DNA of 64,000 bases, from NCBI RefSeq assembly GCF_016903815.1, contig NZ_CP069973.1; one strand, written 5' to 3'. This document shows, piece by piece, positions 12,722 to 25,362 of this stretch (positions are counted from its first letter, which is position 1; the number at the start of each line of letters is the position of its first letter). Under the pieces are notes generated by a model, which was given only the letters and a program-made list of their open reading frames with translations, was not told the DNA's origin and did not search any database. The translations under genes and the position numbers were made by a program. The stretch is from Escherichia coli. Its GTDB lineage: Bacteria > Pseudomonadota > Gammaproteobacteria > Enterobacterales > Enterobacteriaceae.

Positions 12722-13513
12722 TTAGAGATCAATTTCCTGCCGTTTTACCTGTTGCCAGACTTCTTCCATTGTTTCGAGGTCAACACCTGTCATTTCCAGT
12801 CCACGCGCGGCAACAATACGCTCCACTTCGCGAAAACGACGCTCGAATTTTTCGTTCGCTTTTTGCAATGCGATTTCCGCTTTTGTCCCTAAATGACGAG
12901 CCAGATTGACCGTGGCAAACAGCAGGTCGCCCATTTCCTCCTCCAGTTTAGCCTGGTCGATAACAGCCTGCCGTGCCTCGTACATCACCTCGTCGATCTC
13001 TTCGTAGACTTTATCGACTACCGGACCAAGCGTCGTCCAGTCAAAACCAACGTTGGCGCAACGTTTCTGGATTTTTTGCGCACGCATTAAAGCCGGTAAA
13101 CTACGAGGAATATCGTCCAGCGCCGAATGCTGCGCTTTCTGCGCGCGCTCTTCGGTTTTGATTTGCTCCCAACGGGCAAGCACTTCACTACTGTTTTCGG
13201 CAGAACTGTCAGCAAAAACATGCGGATGGCGACGTTCTAATTTATCGCTGATCGCGGCGCATATATCATTAAAGTCAAAGCGCCCTTCTTCCTGAGCCAT
13301 TTGTGCGTAAAACACCACCTGGAACAGCAGATCGCCCAGTTCACCGCGAAGATCGTCAAAATCTTCACGGGCGATGGCGTCCAGCACCTCGTAGGTTTCT
13401 TCAAGGGTGTAAGGCGCAATGGTGGCAAATGTCTGCTCTTTATCCCACGGGCAGCCGTTTTCCGGATCGCGCAGGCGCTGCATGATGGTGAGCAAACGGT
13501 CGATTTGATTCAT
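12722..13513 (-). CDS. mazG: nucleoside triphosphate pyrophosphohydrolase
   Basis: 263-aa ORF; synteny directly downstream of mazEF. Confidence 0.9.
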   Translation of the reverse strand: MNQIDRLLTIMQRLRDPENGCPWDKEQTFATIAPYTLEETYEVLDAIAREDFDDLRGELGDLLFQVVFYAQMAQEEGRFDFNDICAAISDKLERRHPHVFADSSAENSSEVLARWEQIKTEERAQKAQHSALDDIPRSLPALMRAQKIQKRCANVGFDWTTLGPVVDKVYEEIDEVMYEARQAVIDQAKLEEEMGDLLFATVNLARHLGTKAEIALQKANEKFERRFREVERIVAARGLEMTGVDLETMEEVWQQVKRQEIDL

Positions 13514-13584
13514 TAGAATGTCCTGAAAATTGCGGGTCCGTCAGGTGGAAACCTGTGACCAGAATAGAAGTGAGTTAGTAACAC

Positions 13585-13920
13585 CTACCCAATCAGCACG
13601 TTAATTTTGGCTTTAATGAGCTGTAATTCCTCTGGGGCAACCGTTCCTTTCTTCGTTGCTCCTCTTGCCCGCCAGGCGATACTTTTTACCTGATCAGCTA
13701 ACGCTACGCCATCACGTTCCTGACCGGATAAAACAACTTCGAACGGATATCCTTTTGATTGCGTTGTACAAGGAACACACAGACACATACCTGTTTTGTT
13801 GTTGTACATGAACGGACTCAGGACAACAGCCGGACGATGTCCGGCTTGCTCGCTACCTTTTGTCGGGTCAAAATCAACCCAAATCAGATCGCCCATATCG
13901 GGTACGTATCGGCTTACCAT
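13585..13920 (-). CDS. mazF: MazF endoribonuclease toxin
   Basis: 111-aa [39 protein letters not shown]... Confidence 0.95.
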   Translation of the reverse strand: MVSRYVPDMGDLIWVDFDPTKGSEQAGHRPAVVLSPFMYNNKTGMCLCVPCTTQSKGYPFEVVLSGQERDGVALADQVKSIAWRARGATKKGTVAPEELQLIKAKINVLIG

Positions 13921-14168
13921 TACCAGACTTCCTTATCTTTCGGCTCTCCCCAGTCGATATTCTCGTGGAGGTTTTCCGGCGTGATGTCGTTGACCAGTTC
14001 AGCAAGCGTAAATACGGGCTCTTTACGCACTGGCTCAATAATTAATTTGCCATCCACCAGGTCAATCTTCACTTCATCATCAATATTCAGATTGAGCGCC
14101 TGCATTAACGTAGCCGGGATCCGCACCGCCGGTGAATTTCCCCAACGCTTTACGCTACTGTGGATCAT
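13920..14168 (-). CDS. mazE: MazE antitoxin
   Basis: 82-aa [30 protein letters not shown]...; overlaps the mazF start by 1 nt. Confidence 0.95.
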
Positions 14169-14194
14169 AACCCTTTCCTCAAACCGCTATCATA

Positions 14195-14231
14195 TGTAGA
14201 TACAGTATATATCAATCTACATTGTAGATAC
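14195..14231 (-). promoter_or_regulatory. mazEF promoter-operator region (alternating palindrome)
   Basis: tgtagata (14195-14202), atctaca (14215-14221), tgtagata (14224-14231) immediately upstream of the mazE start. Confidence 0.6.
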
Positions 14232-14245
14232 GAGCTAATTTCGGC

Positions 14246-16480
14246 CTAACTCCCGTGCAACCGACGCGCGTCGATAACGTCTGGCACCTGATTGAGTTTA
14301 CCCAGCACGCGGCCCAGCACTTGCAGATTGTAAATCTCAATGGTCATGTCGATAGTCGCCAGTTGCTGTTTAGTGTCGCTACGGCTGGCAACGCCAAGCA
14401 CGTTCACCTTCTCGTTGGCAAGAATGGTCGTGATATCACGCAATAATCCACTGCGATCATTGGCCATCACCCGGACCACCAGCGAATATCCGGCGGAGTA
14501 GCTCTCACCCCATACCGCGTCAACAATGCGTTCTGGCGCATGGGAGCGCAGTTCCGCCAGTTGTTCGCAATCGGCGCGGTGTACTGAAATACCGCGTCCC
14601 TGGGTAATGAAGCCGACAATCTCATCTCCAGGAATCGGCTGACAGCAGCGCGCGATGTGGTGCATCAGGTTGCCGACACCTTCTACCACCACACGACCGT
14701 TATCTTTACTGCGGTTTTGCGGCGTATAGCTTTTTTGCTGAAGTTGCTTCAGCGCGGCGGCATCCTGCTCTTCGGCACTCGGCTTATTAAATTGCGATTG
14801 CAGGAAGTTCACCATCTGATTGAGACGGATATCCCCGCCACCAATTGCCGCCAGCAACTCGTCGACATCATTGAAGTTGTAACGCGGCAGCAGATGTTTT
14901 TCTGCTTCTTTCAGGCTGATCCCCAGATGTTCCAGCTCGTCGTCAAGGATTTGCCGCCCAGCCAGAATGTTTTTGTCACGGTCCTGTTTACGGAACCAGG
15001 CGTGAATTTTCGAACGCCCACGGCTGGTTGTGACGTAACCGAGGTTTGGGTTTAACCAGTCACGGCTGGGGTTCGGCTGTTTCTGGGTGATAATTTCAAT
15101 CTGGTCGCCCATCTGCAGCTGGTAGGTGAACGGCACAATGCGCCCGCCAATTTTTGCCCCGATGCAGCGGTGTCCGACATCACTGTGGATGTGGTAAGCG
15201 AAGTCCAGCGGTGTTGATCCCGCAGGCAAATCAACGACGTCACCTTTCGGCGTAAAGACGTACACCCGGTCGTCAAAGACCTGGCTGCGTACTTCGTCGA
15301 GCATTTCGCCGGAATCAGCCATCTCTTCCTGCCACGCAATCAGTTTACGCAGCCAGGCAATTCGGTCTTCATGTCCCGAACGTGCGCCGCCAGCTGCCGC
15401 GCCTTCTTTATATTTCCAGTGCGCAGCAACACCCAACTCTGCATCTTCATGCATCTGTTTGGTGCGGATTTGGATCTCTACGGTTTTGCCACCTGGTCCC
15501 AGAACCACGGTATGAATAGACTGATAACCGTTTGGTTTCGGGTTAGCGACGTAATCGTCAAACTCATCCGGCAGGTGGCGATAGTGAGTGTGCACTATCC
15601 CCAGTGCGGCATAACAATCCTGTAAACGCTCGGCGACAATACGTACCGCACGCACATCAAACAGCTCATCGAAGGCGAGGTTCTTTTTCTGCATTTTGCG
15701 CCAGATGCTGTAGATGTGTTTCGGACGACCATACACTTCAGCTTTAACGCCTTCAGCTTTCATCTCAGCGCGCAGATGACCGACAAACTCTTCGATATAG
15801 TGTTCGCGGTCGAGACGGCGTTCATGCAACAGTTTTGCGATGCGTTTGTATTCGGTCGGGTGGAGATAACGGAAGCAGTAATCTTCCAGCTCCCATTTCA
15901 GTTGTCCAATCCCAAGACGGTTCGCCAACGGCGCGTAGATATTGGTGCACTCTTTTGCCGCCAGTACGCGTTCATCTTCCGGCGCGTCTTTTACTTCGCG
16001 CAGATGAGCAATACGCTCTGCCAGTTTAATGACCACGCAGCGAAAATCATCGACCATCGCCAATAACATCCGGCGAACGTTATCGACCTGTTCGGAGGAA
16101 ACAGAATCGGTATGCGTCGCTTTCAGCTGGCGGATCGCCGCCATATCACGCACGCCGTGAATAAGGTTAACGACCGACTTACCGACGCACTCACGCAGCA
16201 CATCTTCGCTGACTACGTTGGCATCCGCCAGAGGGAACAGCAGCGCCGCCCGCAGCGTGTCAATGTCCATACTTAATGTCGAGAGGATCTCCACCATCTC
16301 AACACCACGCCACAATAACAGACTGGCATCCGGATGTCCCTGCGTCTGTTGCAGACAATACGCCCAGGTTTCGGCTAAGCACTCACACGACTTCTGGCTG
16401 GTAATACCCAGACTTGCGATCCATTTTTCCGGATCAAATTCACCAGCCTTATTGATATGTGCACTTCTTACCGCAACCAT
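14246..16480 (-). CDS. relA: GTP pyrophosphokinase, (p)ppGpp synthetase I
   Basis: 744-aa ORF; synteny. Confidence 0.95.
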   Translation of the reverse strand: MVAVRSAHINKAGEFDPEKWIASLGITSQKSCECLAETWAYCLQQTQGHPDASLLLWRGVEMVEILSTLSMDIDTLRAALLFPLADANVVSEDVLRECVGKSVVNLIHGVRDMAAIRQLKATHTDSVSSEQVDNVRRMLLAMVDDFRCVVIKLAERIAHLREVKDAPEDERVLAAKECTNIYAPLANRLGIGQLKWELEDYCFRYLHPTEYKRIAKLLHERRLDREHYIEEFVGHLRAEMKAEGVKAEVYGRPKHIYSIWRKMQKKNLAFDELFDVRAVRIVAERLQDCYAALGIVHTHYRHLPDEFDDYVANPKPNGYQSIHTVVLGPGGKTVEIQIRTKQMHEDAELGVAAHWKYKEGAAAGGARSGHEDRIAWLRKLIAWQEEMADSGEMLDEVRSQVFDDRVYVFTPKGDVVDLPAGSTPLDFAYHIHSDVGHRCIGAKIGGRIVPFTYQLQMGDQIEIITQKQPNPSRDWLNPNLGYVTTSRGRSKIHAWFRKQDRDKNILAGRQILDDELEHLGISLKEAEKHLLPRYNFNDVDELLAAIGGGDIRLNQMVNFLQSQFNKPSAEEQDAAALKQLQQKSYTPQNRSKDNGRVVVEGVGNLMHHIARCCQPIPGDEIVGFITQGRGISVHRADCEQLAELRSHAPERIVDAVWGESYSAGYSLVVRVMANDRSGLLRDITTILANEKVNVLGVASRSDTKQQLATIDMTIEIYNLQVLGRVLGKLNQVPDVIDARRLHGS

Positions 16481-16527
16481 CGTCCTCTCCTTTAGGGACC
16501 AGACCTGCCGAAATCGGCAAATCGTAA

Positions 16528-17829
16528 CTATTTAACGCGCGAGAAAAGTACCATCGATTCCAGATGTCCCGTGTGTGGGAACATATCCAGCATCGCCAGT
16601 CGCGCAATGGTATATCCTGCTTTTAATAACGCTTCGCTATCCCGAGCCAGCGTTGCAGGGTTACAGGATACATAAACTATACGAATAGGTTCCAGTTTTA
16701 TAATTTGCTGCATAACACCTGCGGCACCTGCTCGCGCCGGGTCCAGCAACACTTTATCGAAGCCGTTTTTCGCCCACGGCTGCTTTGTGACATCTTCTTC
16801 AAGATTTTCGTGATAAAACGTCACATTGTGTAAGCCATTAAGACGCGCATTCTGCTGGCCTTTTTCCACCAGCGCCGGAACGCCTTCTACACCCACCACA
16901 CTGGCAGCTTGTGTCGCCAATGGCAGTGTAAAGTTGCCCATACCGCAGAACAGATCCAGTACGCGATCTTCAGGTTGCACATCCAGCCATTCCAACGCAC
17001 GCGCTACCATTTTTTGGTTCACACCCGCATTGACCTGAATAAAATCGCGCGGGCTAAAAGTTAAGCGCAACCCGTTTGAGTCATACCAGGGCATCTCACC
17101 AGCGACGGTTTCGAGTATCTCACTATCGGGGGCGAGATACAGATCCAGGCCTTCAGAATGCGAAAAGCGTTCCAGTTTTTCGCGATCAGCCGAACTTAGC
17201 GGTGCGGTATGGCGCAAAATCATCAGCGTGCCGCTGGTTGCCTGTACCAGTTCAACATGACCAAGATGGCGCATAGCTTGTAAGCTGTCCAGGCATGCCC
17301 TGACTTTGGGCAGCAATGCTTCAAGTTGGGGCACTAAAATGGGGCATTGTTTAACGTCGACAATGTCACTGGAGCCCGCTTTGCGAAACCCCATCTGAAG
17401 TTGCTGTGTTTTCGGTAAGTAGTTCAAACTTAAACGCGCGCGACGGCGATAGCCCCAGGGAACATCGGCGATCACTTCAGAGACTTCGTGTTTCATTAAT
17501 CGGGCGAGTGCCGCACTTTTGCTTCGCTGCTGTAAATCCACGCTGGCGTGTTGTTGCTGACAGCCGCCGCATACGCCAAAATGAGGGCAGCGTGGCGTTT
17601 CGCGTTCCGGGTTATCGCTTAACCGGCGCACGACTTTAGCGCGAGCGTACTGTTTTTTATCTTCAGTAACAGTAACTTCCGCGTTTTCCTGTGGCAGTAA
17701 TCCAGGAATAAATAACGCTTTGCCGTTATGTCGCGCCACGCCCTGACCAAAAGAGTCGAGGTCGTTGACTGAAACAGTTATGATCTGACGCGTCGTCGTG
17801 CGTCGTTTTGCAGAGTAGAATTGCGCCAT
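16528..17829 (-). CDS. rlmD: 23S rRNA m5U1939 methyltransferase
   Basis: 433-aa ORF with TRAM and methyltransferase regions and Cys cluster; synteny. Confidence 0.9.
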   Translation of the reverse strand: MAQFYSAKRRTTTRQIITVSVNDLDSFGQGVARHNGKALFIPGLLPQENAEVTVTEDKKQYARAKVVRRLSDNPERETPRCPHFGVCGGCQQQHASVDLQQRSKSAALARLMKHEVSEVIADVPWGYRRRARLSLNYLPKTQQLQMGFRKAGSSDIVDVKQCPILVPQLEALLPKVRACLDSLQAMRHLGHVELVQATSGTLMILRHTAPLSSADREKLERFSHSEGLDLYLAPDSEILETVAGEMPWYDSNGLRLTFSPRDFIQVNAGVNQKMVARALEWLDVQPEDRVLDLFCGMGNFTLPLATQAASVVGVEGVPALVEKGQQNARLNGLHNVTFYHENLEEDVTKQPWAKNGFDKVLLDPARAGAAGVMQQIIKLEPIRIVYVSCNPATLARDSEALLKAGYTIARLAMLDMFPHTGHLESMVLFSRVK

Positions 17830-17885
17830 TGGCGAGACTTTCTCAATTTAACAGTGTGACCTTAATTGTCCCATAACGGAACTCC

Positions 17886-20642
17886 ATGACCAACTACAGC
17901 CTGCGCGCACGCATGATGATTCTGATCCTGGCACCGACCGTCCTTATTGGTTTATTGCTGAGTATCTTTTTCGTTGTGCATCGCTATAACGACTTGCAGC
18001 GTCAACTGGAAGATGCCGGAGCCAGCATTATTGAGCCGCTTGCAGTTTCTACTGAATATGGCATGAGCCTGCAAAATCGCGAATCTATCGGTCAGTTAAT
18101 AAGCGTACTGCATCGTCGCCATTCCGATATTGTTCGCGCGATTTCGGTTTATGATGAAAATAACCGACTCTTTGTCACCTCCAATTTTCATCTTGATCCT
18201 TCATCAATGCAGCTCGGCAGCAACGTGCCGTTTCCTCGCCAGCTCACTGTCACTCGTGACGGCGATATTATGATCCTCCGCACGCCGATTATTTCTGAGA
18301 GTTACTCCCCCGACGAATCGCCCAGTAGCGATGCCAAAAATAGTCAAAATATGCTGGGATATATTGCGCTGGAGCTGGATCTTAAATCGGTTCGCTTGCA
18401 GCAATATAAAGAGATCTTTATTTCCAGCGTGATGATGCTGTTTTGTATCGGTATTGCGCTTATTTTTGGCTGGCGCTTAATGCGCGATGTAACCGGTCCG
18501 ATTCGCAACATGGTGAATACCGTCGACCGCATCCGTCGCGGGCAACTCGACAGCCGGGTGGAAGGATTTATGCTCGGCGAGCTGGATATGCTGAAAAACG
18601 GTATCAACTCGATGGCAATGTCGCTGGCTGCTTATCACGAAGAGATGCAGCATAATATCGACCAGGCGACGTCCGATCTGCGTGAAACGCTGGAGCAGAT
18701 GGAAATTCAGAACGTTGAGTTGGATCTGGCGAAAAAGCGCGCCCAGGAAGCGGCGCGTATTAAATCCGAGTTTCTGGCAAATATGTCACACGAGCTGCGT
18801 ACACCACTGAATGGTGTTATTGGCTTTACCCGCCTGACGCTGAAAACAGAATTAACACCAACGCAGCGCGATCACCTGAATACGATTGAACGTTCGGCAA
18901 ATAATTTGCTGGCAATTATTAATGATGTTCTCGACTTCTCGAAACTGGAAGCAGGTAAGCTGATTCTGGAAAGTATTCCATTCCCACTACGCAGCACGCT
19001 GGATGAAGTCGTTACCCTGCTGGCACATTCTTCTCACGATAAAGGGTTGGAACTGACGCTCAATATTAAGAGCGACGTGCCCGATAACGTGATCGGCGAC
19101 CCACTGCGATTACAGCAAATCATCACTAACCTGGTGGGGAATGCAATTAAATTCACCGAGAATGGCAACATTGATATTCTGGTAGAAAAACGTGCGCTGA
19201 GTAATACCAAAGTGCAGATTGAAGTGCAGATTCGGGATACCGGCATTGGTATTCCTGAACGCGATCAATCGCGCTTATTCCAGGCCTTCCGACAGGCTGA
19301 TGCCAGTATTTCCCGCCGTCATGGTGGTACCGGGCTGGGGCTGGTGATTACACAAAAACTGGTTAATGAAATGGGCGGCGATATTTCGTTCCATAGCCAG
19401 CCGAATCGCGGTTCAACTTTCTGGTTCCACATTAATCTCGATCTGAATCCGAACATTATTATCGAAGGGCCATCCACCCAGTGCCTCGCCGGCAAGCGCC
19501 TGGCCTATGTCGAACCAAACTCCGCAGCAGCGCAATGCACGCTGGATATTTTAAGTGAAACGCCGCTGGAAGTGGTTTATAGCCCAACGTTCTCCGCGCT
19601 GCCTCCCGCGCATTACGACATGATGTTGTTAGGCATCGCGGTGACCTTCCGCGAGCCGCTAACAATGCAACATGAGCGATTAGCGAAAGCAGTATCGATG
19701 ACCGATTTTCTCATGCTGGCACTTCCTTGCCATGCACAAGTCAATGCTGAAAAACTTAAGCAAGATGGTATCGGCGCGTGTCTGCTGAAACCATTAACAC
19801 CTACGCGCCTGTTACCTGCCCTGACGGAATTTTGTCATCACAAACAAAACACGCTTTTGCCTGTAACCGATGAAAGTAAGCTGGCAATGACAGTCATGGC
19901 GGTTGATGACAACCCCGCTAACCTGAAACTTATCGGCGCATTGCTGGAAGATATGGTGCAACATGTGGAACTTTGCGATAGCGGGCATCAGGCGGTTGAA
20001 CGGGCGAAACAGATGCCGTTCGATTTGATCTTAATGGATATTCAAATGCCGGACATGGACGGTATTCGGGCCTGCGAACTCATCCACCAGCTCCCCCATC
20101 AGCAACAAACGCCGGTTATCGCGGTAACGGCGCATGCAATGGCCGGGCAAAAAGAGAAGCTGCTTGGCGCAGGGATGAGCGATTATCTGGCGAAACCGAT
20201 TGAAGAAGAACGATTGCATAATTTGCTGTTGCGCTACAAGCCTGGCAGCGGTATTTCCTCTCGCGTCGTGACGCCCGAAGTCAACGAAATTGTGGTGAAC
20301 CCGAATGCGACCCTCGACTGGCAACTGGCACTACGCCAGGCAGCAGGAAAAACCGATTTAGCGCGCGATATGCTGCAAATGTTACTCGATTTCCTGCCTG
20401 AAGTTCGCAACAAAGTTGAGGAACAGCTGGTTGGAGAAAACCCGGAAGGCCTGGTTGATTTGATTCATAAACTGCATGGCAGTTGCGGCTATAGCGGTGT
20501 GCCGCGTATGAAGAATCTCTGCCAACTGATCGAACAACAGCTACGTAGCGGTACTAAAGAAGAAGATTTGGAGCCGGAGCTGCTGGAACTGTTAGACGAG
20601 ATGGATAATGTAGCGCGCGAAGCCAGCAAAATTCTCGGGTAA
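17886..20642 (+). CDS. barA: hybrid sensor histidine kinase BarA
   Basis: 918-aa ORF with two N-terminal TM segments, HAMP, HisKA (HELRTPLN), receiver and HPt domains. Confidence 0.95.
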
Positions 20643-20716
20643 CGGACGTCTTGTCGAGTAGCAATCGGCTTTTTATGACGCTGGTTTCAGATTGGTGACA
20701 AGGTGCCTGTGTTTAT

Positions 20717-20750
20717 GCCGGATGCGGCGTTAACGCCTTATCCGGCCTAC
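20717..20750. repeat. REP palindromic unit
   Basis: gccggatgcggcgttaacgccttatccggcctac. Confidence 0.7.
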
Positions 20751-20835
20751 AAAACCAATTAAATTCAATAAATTAAAAAGTATGTTGGCCTGATACGTAG
20801 CGCAACAGGCAATTTTGCGTTTGGTATCAGTCTCA

Positions 20836-20868
20836 AACCGGCTCCTGAAAGAGCCGGTTTTGGTTTTC
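20836..20868 (+). terminator. Hairpin plus T-rich tract between barA and gudD
   Basis: aaccggctc-ctgaaa-gagccggtt followed by ttggttttctg. Confidence 0.5.
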
Positions 20869-20872
20869 TGTC

Positions 20873-22213
20873 TTAACGCACCATGCACGGGCGCTTGTTA
20901 TCAAACGTCCAGCCAGGAATCAGATACTGCATTCCCATCGCATCGTCTCGCGCACCAAGCCCGTGTTTCTGATACAGCTCGTGGGCTTTCATCACCTGAT
21001 CCATATCGATTTCTACGCCCAATCCTGGTTTTTGCGGCACCTGTACCAGCCCGCCTTTGATCTCAAACGGTTCTTTGGTCAGACGCTGATTGCCTTCCTG
21101 CCAGATCCAGTGCGTATCAATAGCAGTAATTTTACCCGGTGCAGCAGCGGCTACATGGGTAAACATCGCCAGGGAAATATCGAAGTGGTTGTTAGAGTGT
21201 GAACCCCAGGTCAGGCCAAATTCATGGCACATTTGCGCCACACGTACCGAACCTTGCATCGTCCAGAAATGCGGATCCGCCAGCGGGATATCAACGGATT
21301 GTAACGAGAGCGTATGGCCCATCTGCCGCCAGTCGGTGGCGATCATATTGGTTGCGGTCGGCAGGCCAGTCGCGCGACGGAACTCCGCCATCACTTCACG
21401 CCCGGAGAAACCTTGCTCCGCACCACACGGATCTTCTGCATAAGCCAGCGAACCTTTCAGGTATTTACCGATTTTAATCGCTTCGTTCAGCGACCAGGCA
21501 CCGTTAGGATCGAGGGTAATACGCGCCTGTGGGAAGCGTTGCGCCAGTGCCACAATAGATTCTGCTTCTTCTTCCCCGGCCAGTACACCGCCCTTCAGTT
21601 TGAAATCGTTGAAGCCATATTTTTCATATGCCGCTTCCGCCAGGCGCACCACCGCATCCGGCGTCATCGCTTCTTCGTGACGCAGGCGATACCAGTCACA
21701 TTTATCATCCGGCTGGCTTTGATACGGCAGCGGTGTGGCTTTGCGATTACCGACGAAGAACAGATAACCGAGCATTTCGACTTCGCTACGCTGTTGACCA
21801 TCGCCCAGCAGCGATGCCACGTTAACCCCCAGATGCTGCCCCAGCAGATCCAGCATTGCCGCTTCTATCCCGGTAACTACATGAATAGTGGTCCGCAGGT
21901 CAAATGTCTGCAAACCGCGCCCACCGGCATCACGATCGGCAAATGTATTACGCACCAGCGTCAGAACGTTTTTGTATTCACCCAGCGTTTTACCCACCAC
22001 CAGCGGAATCGCATCTTCCAGCGTTTTACGGATTTTCTCGCCGCCGGGAATTTCCCCTACGCCAGTGTGACCAGAATTATCTTTGATAATCACAATATTA
22101 CGCGTGAAGAACGGTGCGTGTGCACCACTCAGATTCATCAGCATACTGTCATGGCCCGCCACCGGGATGACCTGCATTTCAGTAACAACAGGCGTCGTAA
22201 ATTGAGAACTCAT
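20873..22213 (-). CDS. gudD: glucarate dehydratase
   Basis: ORF 20873..22237; start set at [10 protein letters not shown] giving 446 aa; enolase-superfamily. Confidence 0.9.
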   Translation of the reverse strand: MSSQFTTPVVTEMQVIPVAGHDSMLMNLSGAHAPFFTRNIVIIKDNSGHTGVGEIPGGEKIRKTLEDAIPLVVGKTLGEYKNVLTLVRNTFADRDAGGRGLQTFDLRTTIHVVTGIEAAMLDLLGQHLGVNVASLLGDGQQRSEVEMLGYLFFVGNRKATPLPYQSQPDDKCDWYRLRHEEAMTPDAVVRLAEAAYEKYGFNDFKLKGGVLAGEEEAESIVALAQRFPQARITLDPNGAWSLNEAIKIGKYLKGSLAYAEDPCGAEQGFSGREVMAEFRRATGLPTATNMIATDWRQMGHTLSLQSVDIPLADPHFWTMQGSVRVAQMCHEFGLTWGSHSNNHFDISLAMFTHVAAAAPGKITAIDTHWIWQEGNQRLTKEPFEIKGGLVQVPQKPGLGVEIDMDQVMKAHELYQKHGLGARDDAMGMQYLIPGWTFDNKRPCMVR

Positions 22214-22233
22214 ATTTATGTCCTTTTTCAAAA

Positions 22234-23574
22234 TCAATGACGGCCGAAAACGGGACGTTTACGGTCAAAGGTCCAGCCGGGGATCAGGTACTGCATCGGG
22301 CCCGCGTCGTTACGCGCACCGCCAGGCAGACGTTTATAGGCCTCATGCGCCTTTTGTACCTGCTCCCAGTCCAGTTCCACGCCCAGACCGGGCGCATCAG
22401 GAACGGCAATTTTTCCGTTTTTAATCTCCAGCGGATTTTTGGTCAGGCGACAATCGCCCTCCTGCCAAATCCAGTGGGTATCGATAGCGGTAGGATTACC
22501 CGGTGCCGCCGCACCCACATGGGTAAACATCGCCAGAGAGATATCAAAGTGGTTATTGGAATGGCAGCCCCAGGTCAGCCCCCAGTCGTCGCAAAGCTGC
22601 GACACGCGGACTGCACCGGAAAGCGTCCAGAAGTGCGGATCGGCAAGTGGAATATCTACCGCATTGAGCATCACCGCATGGCCCATTTCGCGCCAGTTGG
22701 TGGCGATCATGTTAGTCGCGACGGGCAAGCCGGTCGCCCGTCGAAACTCCGCCATCACTTCACGTCCGGAGAAACCCTGTTCTGCGCCACATGGATCTTC
22801 GGCATAGGTGAGAACATCATTCAGCCCTTTGCACAGAGAAATAGCTTCATCAAGCAGCCATGCTCCGTTGGGATCAACGGTAATCCGCGCATCCGGGAAG
22901 CGTTTCTTCAATGCACGAACAGTGTCGATTTCTTGCTCGCCAGGTAACACGCCGCCCTTAAGTTTGAAATCTTTAAAGCCATAGCGATCCTGTGAAGCTT
23001 CCGCCAGACGCACAACGGCTTCGCTGTTCATCGCTTTCTGATGCCGCAATTGATACCACTCATGGTTGCCCGGCGTATTTTCCAGATAAGGAAGATCGGT
23101 TTTGGTCCGATCACCGATATAAAACAGATAACCGAGGACGGTAATAGCATCGCGTTGCTTGCCTGGCCCTAACAGTTCGCAGACCGGAACATTCAGCGCC
23201 TTACCTAGCAGGTCAAGCAAGGCGGCTTCCAGCGCCGCCACGGCATTAACGCGCAATTCAAAAGTCCAGGCACCTTTGCCGAAGGTATCAAAATCGGCTG
23301 CCTGATTACCTTTATGCACCTGCTGAACCACTTTATTCAGTCGTGCGATCTCCTGGCCCAACACCATCGGAATAGCATCGACCAGTGTTTGATAAATCAC
23401 CTCTCCGCCTGGCGCTTCACCAATGCCGGAATGTCCGGCATTATCGGTGAGTACCACGATATTGCGGGTGAAATATGCGTTATGTGCACCACCAATATTA
23501 AGCAACATGCTGTCATGCCCGGCCACCGGAATGACTTTCATATCAGTAATAACAGGACTGGATTGTGTCGTCAT
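22234..23574 (-). CDS. gudX: glucarate dehydratase-related protein (paralog of gudD)
   Basis: 446-aa ORF, clear paralogy to gudD across its length. Confidence 0.9.
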   Translation of the reverse strand: MTTQSSPVITDMKVIPVAGHDSMLLNIGGAHNAYFTRNIVVLTDNAGHSGIGEAPGGEVIYQTLVDAIPMVLGQEIARLNKVVQQVHKGNQAADFDTFGKGAWTFELRVNAVAALEAALLDLLGKALNVPVCELLGPGKQRDAITVLGYLFYIGDRTKTDLPYLENTPGNHEWYQLRHQKAMNSEAVVRLAEASQDRYGFKDFKLKGGVLPGEQEIDTVRALKKRFPDARITVDPNGAWLLDEAISLCKGLNDVLTYAEDPCGAEQGFSGREVMAEFRRATGLPVATNMIATNWREMGHAVMLNAVDIPLADPHFWTLSGAVRVSQLCDDWGLTWGCHSNNHFDISLAMFTHVGAAAPGNPTAIDTHWIWQEGDCRLTKNPLEIKNGKIAVPDAPGLGVELDWEQVQKAHEAYKRLPGGARNDAGPMQYLIPGWTFDRKRPVFGRH

Positions 23575-23575
23575 C

Positions 23576-24928
23576 TTATTGCCCCGCGACAGGTTTCAGC
23601 TCGATACGCTTGATATCGCCCACCAGCACCAGGTAGCTCAGCACCGCGATTAAGGCATGAACACCAACATAAATCAGCGCCCCATTAAACGAGCCAGTCG
23701 TGCCAACGATATAACCAATTGCGATTGGCGTGACGATGCCAGAAATGTTACCGAACATGTTGAACAGGCCACCGGAAAGACCGCTGATCTCTTTTGGCGC
23801 GGTATCTGCCATTACTGCCCAACCCAGCGCCCCGATGCCCTTACCGAAGAAGGCCAGCGCCATAAAACCGATGATCATCCACTCAACGTTGACGTAGTTG
23901 CAGAACACCATCACCATCGACAGCAACATGCCCATTACGATCGGTGTTTTACGCGCAATGTTCAGCGATCCCGTGCGGCGCATCAGCCAGTCGGAAATAA
24001 TCCCACCCAGCACACCGCCGATAAAACCGCAAACCGCCGGAACGGAAGCCACAAAGCCCGCTTTCAGAATCGACATCCCACGCGCCTGCACCAGATAAAC
24101 CGGAAACCAGGTAATGAAAAAGTAAGTCAGGGCGTTGATACAGTACTGACCGATATAAACGCCGATCATCATCCGTGACCCGAGCAGCTGTTTGATCTGC
24201 CCCCACTTCACGCTGAACGGCACTTTAACTTTGGTATTTTGCTGATCCATATTGATCAGCGCGCCACCCGCGGCGATGTACTCCAGCTCTTTCTGATTTA
24301 CACCCGGATGTTGATTTGGCTCGTGGATGACTTTCAACCAGATAAAGCTGATGACAATGCCCAGACCGCCCATAAAGAAGAAGACGTGTGACCAGCCCAC
24401 TTCATGCGTCAGCCAGCCCATAATCGGCGCGAAGATCACCGTTGCGAAGTATTGAGCGGAGTTAAAAATCGACACCGCCGTTCCCCTTTCCTGCGCCGGA
24501 AACCAGGCCGCAACAATGCGACTGTTGCCGGGGAAAGATGGCGCTTCAGCAAGCCCGACCAGGAAGCGCAGCGTAAACAGGGCAACGATAATGCCGAATC
24601 CACTAAAAATATCGACGAAGCCTTGCAGCAAGGTAAACATCGACCAGATAAAGATCGACCAGAAGTAGACGCGTTTTGAACCAAAACGATCCAGCAACCA
24701 ACCACCAGGGATCTGTCCGATAACATAAGCCCATGAGAAAGCAGAGAACACATAGCCCATTCCCACGGGATCAAGGCCGATATCTTTGGCCATTTCCGAA
24801 CCGGCAATAGAAAGCGTAGCGCGGTCGCCGTAGTTGAAGGATGTGACGATAAACAACATCACCACTATCCAGTAACGAGCATTTGTGCGTTTTTCCACAC
24901 TGCTCGCAGCCTGACTTAAAGAACTCAT
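23576..24928 (-). CDS. gudP: glucarate/galactarate MFS transporter
   Basis: 450-aa hydrophobic ORF; synteny. Confidence 0.9.
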   Translation of the reverse strand: MSSLSQAASSVEKRTNARYWIVVMLFIVTSFNYGDRATLSIAGSEMAKDIGLDPVGMGYVFSAFSWAYVIGQIPGGWLLDRFGSKRVYFWSIFIWSMFTLLQGFVDIFSGFGIIVALFTLRFLVGLAEAPSFPGNSRIVAAWFPAQERGTAVSIFNSAQYFATVIFAPIMGWLTHEVGWSHVFFFMGGLGIVISFIWLKVIHEPNQHPGVNQKELEYIAAGGALINMDQQNTKVKVPFSVKWGQIKQLLGSRMMIGVYIGQYCINALTYFFITWFPVYLVQARGMSILKAGFVASVPAVCGFIGGVLGGIISDWLMRRTGSLNIARKTPIVMGMLLSMVMVFCNYVNVEWMIIGFMALAFFGKGIGALGWAVMADTAPKEISGLSGGLFNMFGNISGIVTPIAIGYIVGTTGSFNGALIYVGVHALIAVLSYLVLVGDIKRIELKPVAGQ

Positions 24929-25362
24929 TGTTGCACTCCTGAAAATTCGCGTTAGCCACGCTCACTCTGGACTGCGACATCGCCAGGAAATCAGAGGTGA
25001 CGTAGGGTGTTTTTTGCCGTTTTTATAGGTCGTTCGCCGAATACGGCGCGTGTTTATATCTGGCAATAGCAGTATAAAAAGCGCGCCATAGCGGCTCACC
25101 GTGCAACAACACAACATTAATGCGTTCAATGAGGCCCGATTTTGGCATTAGCCCTGGACGGTGGAATCCACTTCACGGAAATGAAAACAAGAACAAGAAA
25201 GGAAGGGTTAAAACGAAGAAATAAAGAAGAGTATGAAATGGATCGCTTGACTCCAGGCAAACGCCAGTAAAAATCCGCGCTATGAAGCAGTTTTTACTGG
25301 CATTTGCCTGAAAAGATTCGATTCAGCACCGCTAAAACGGCATTTACCGCTCGCTGAACGTA

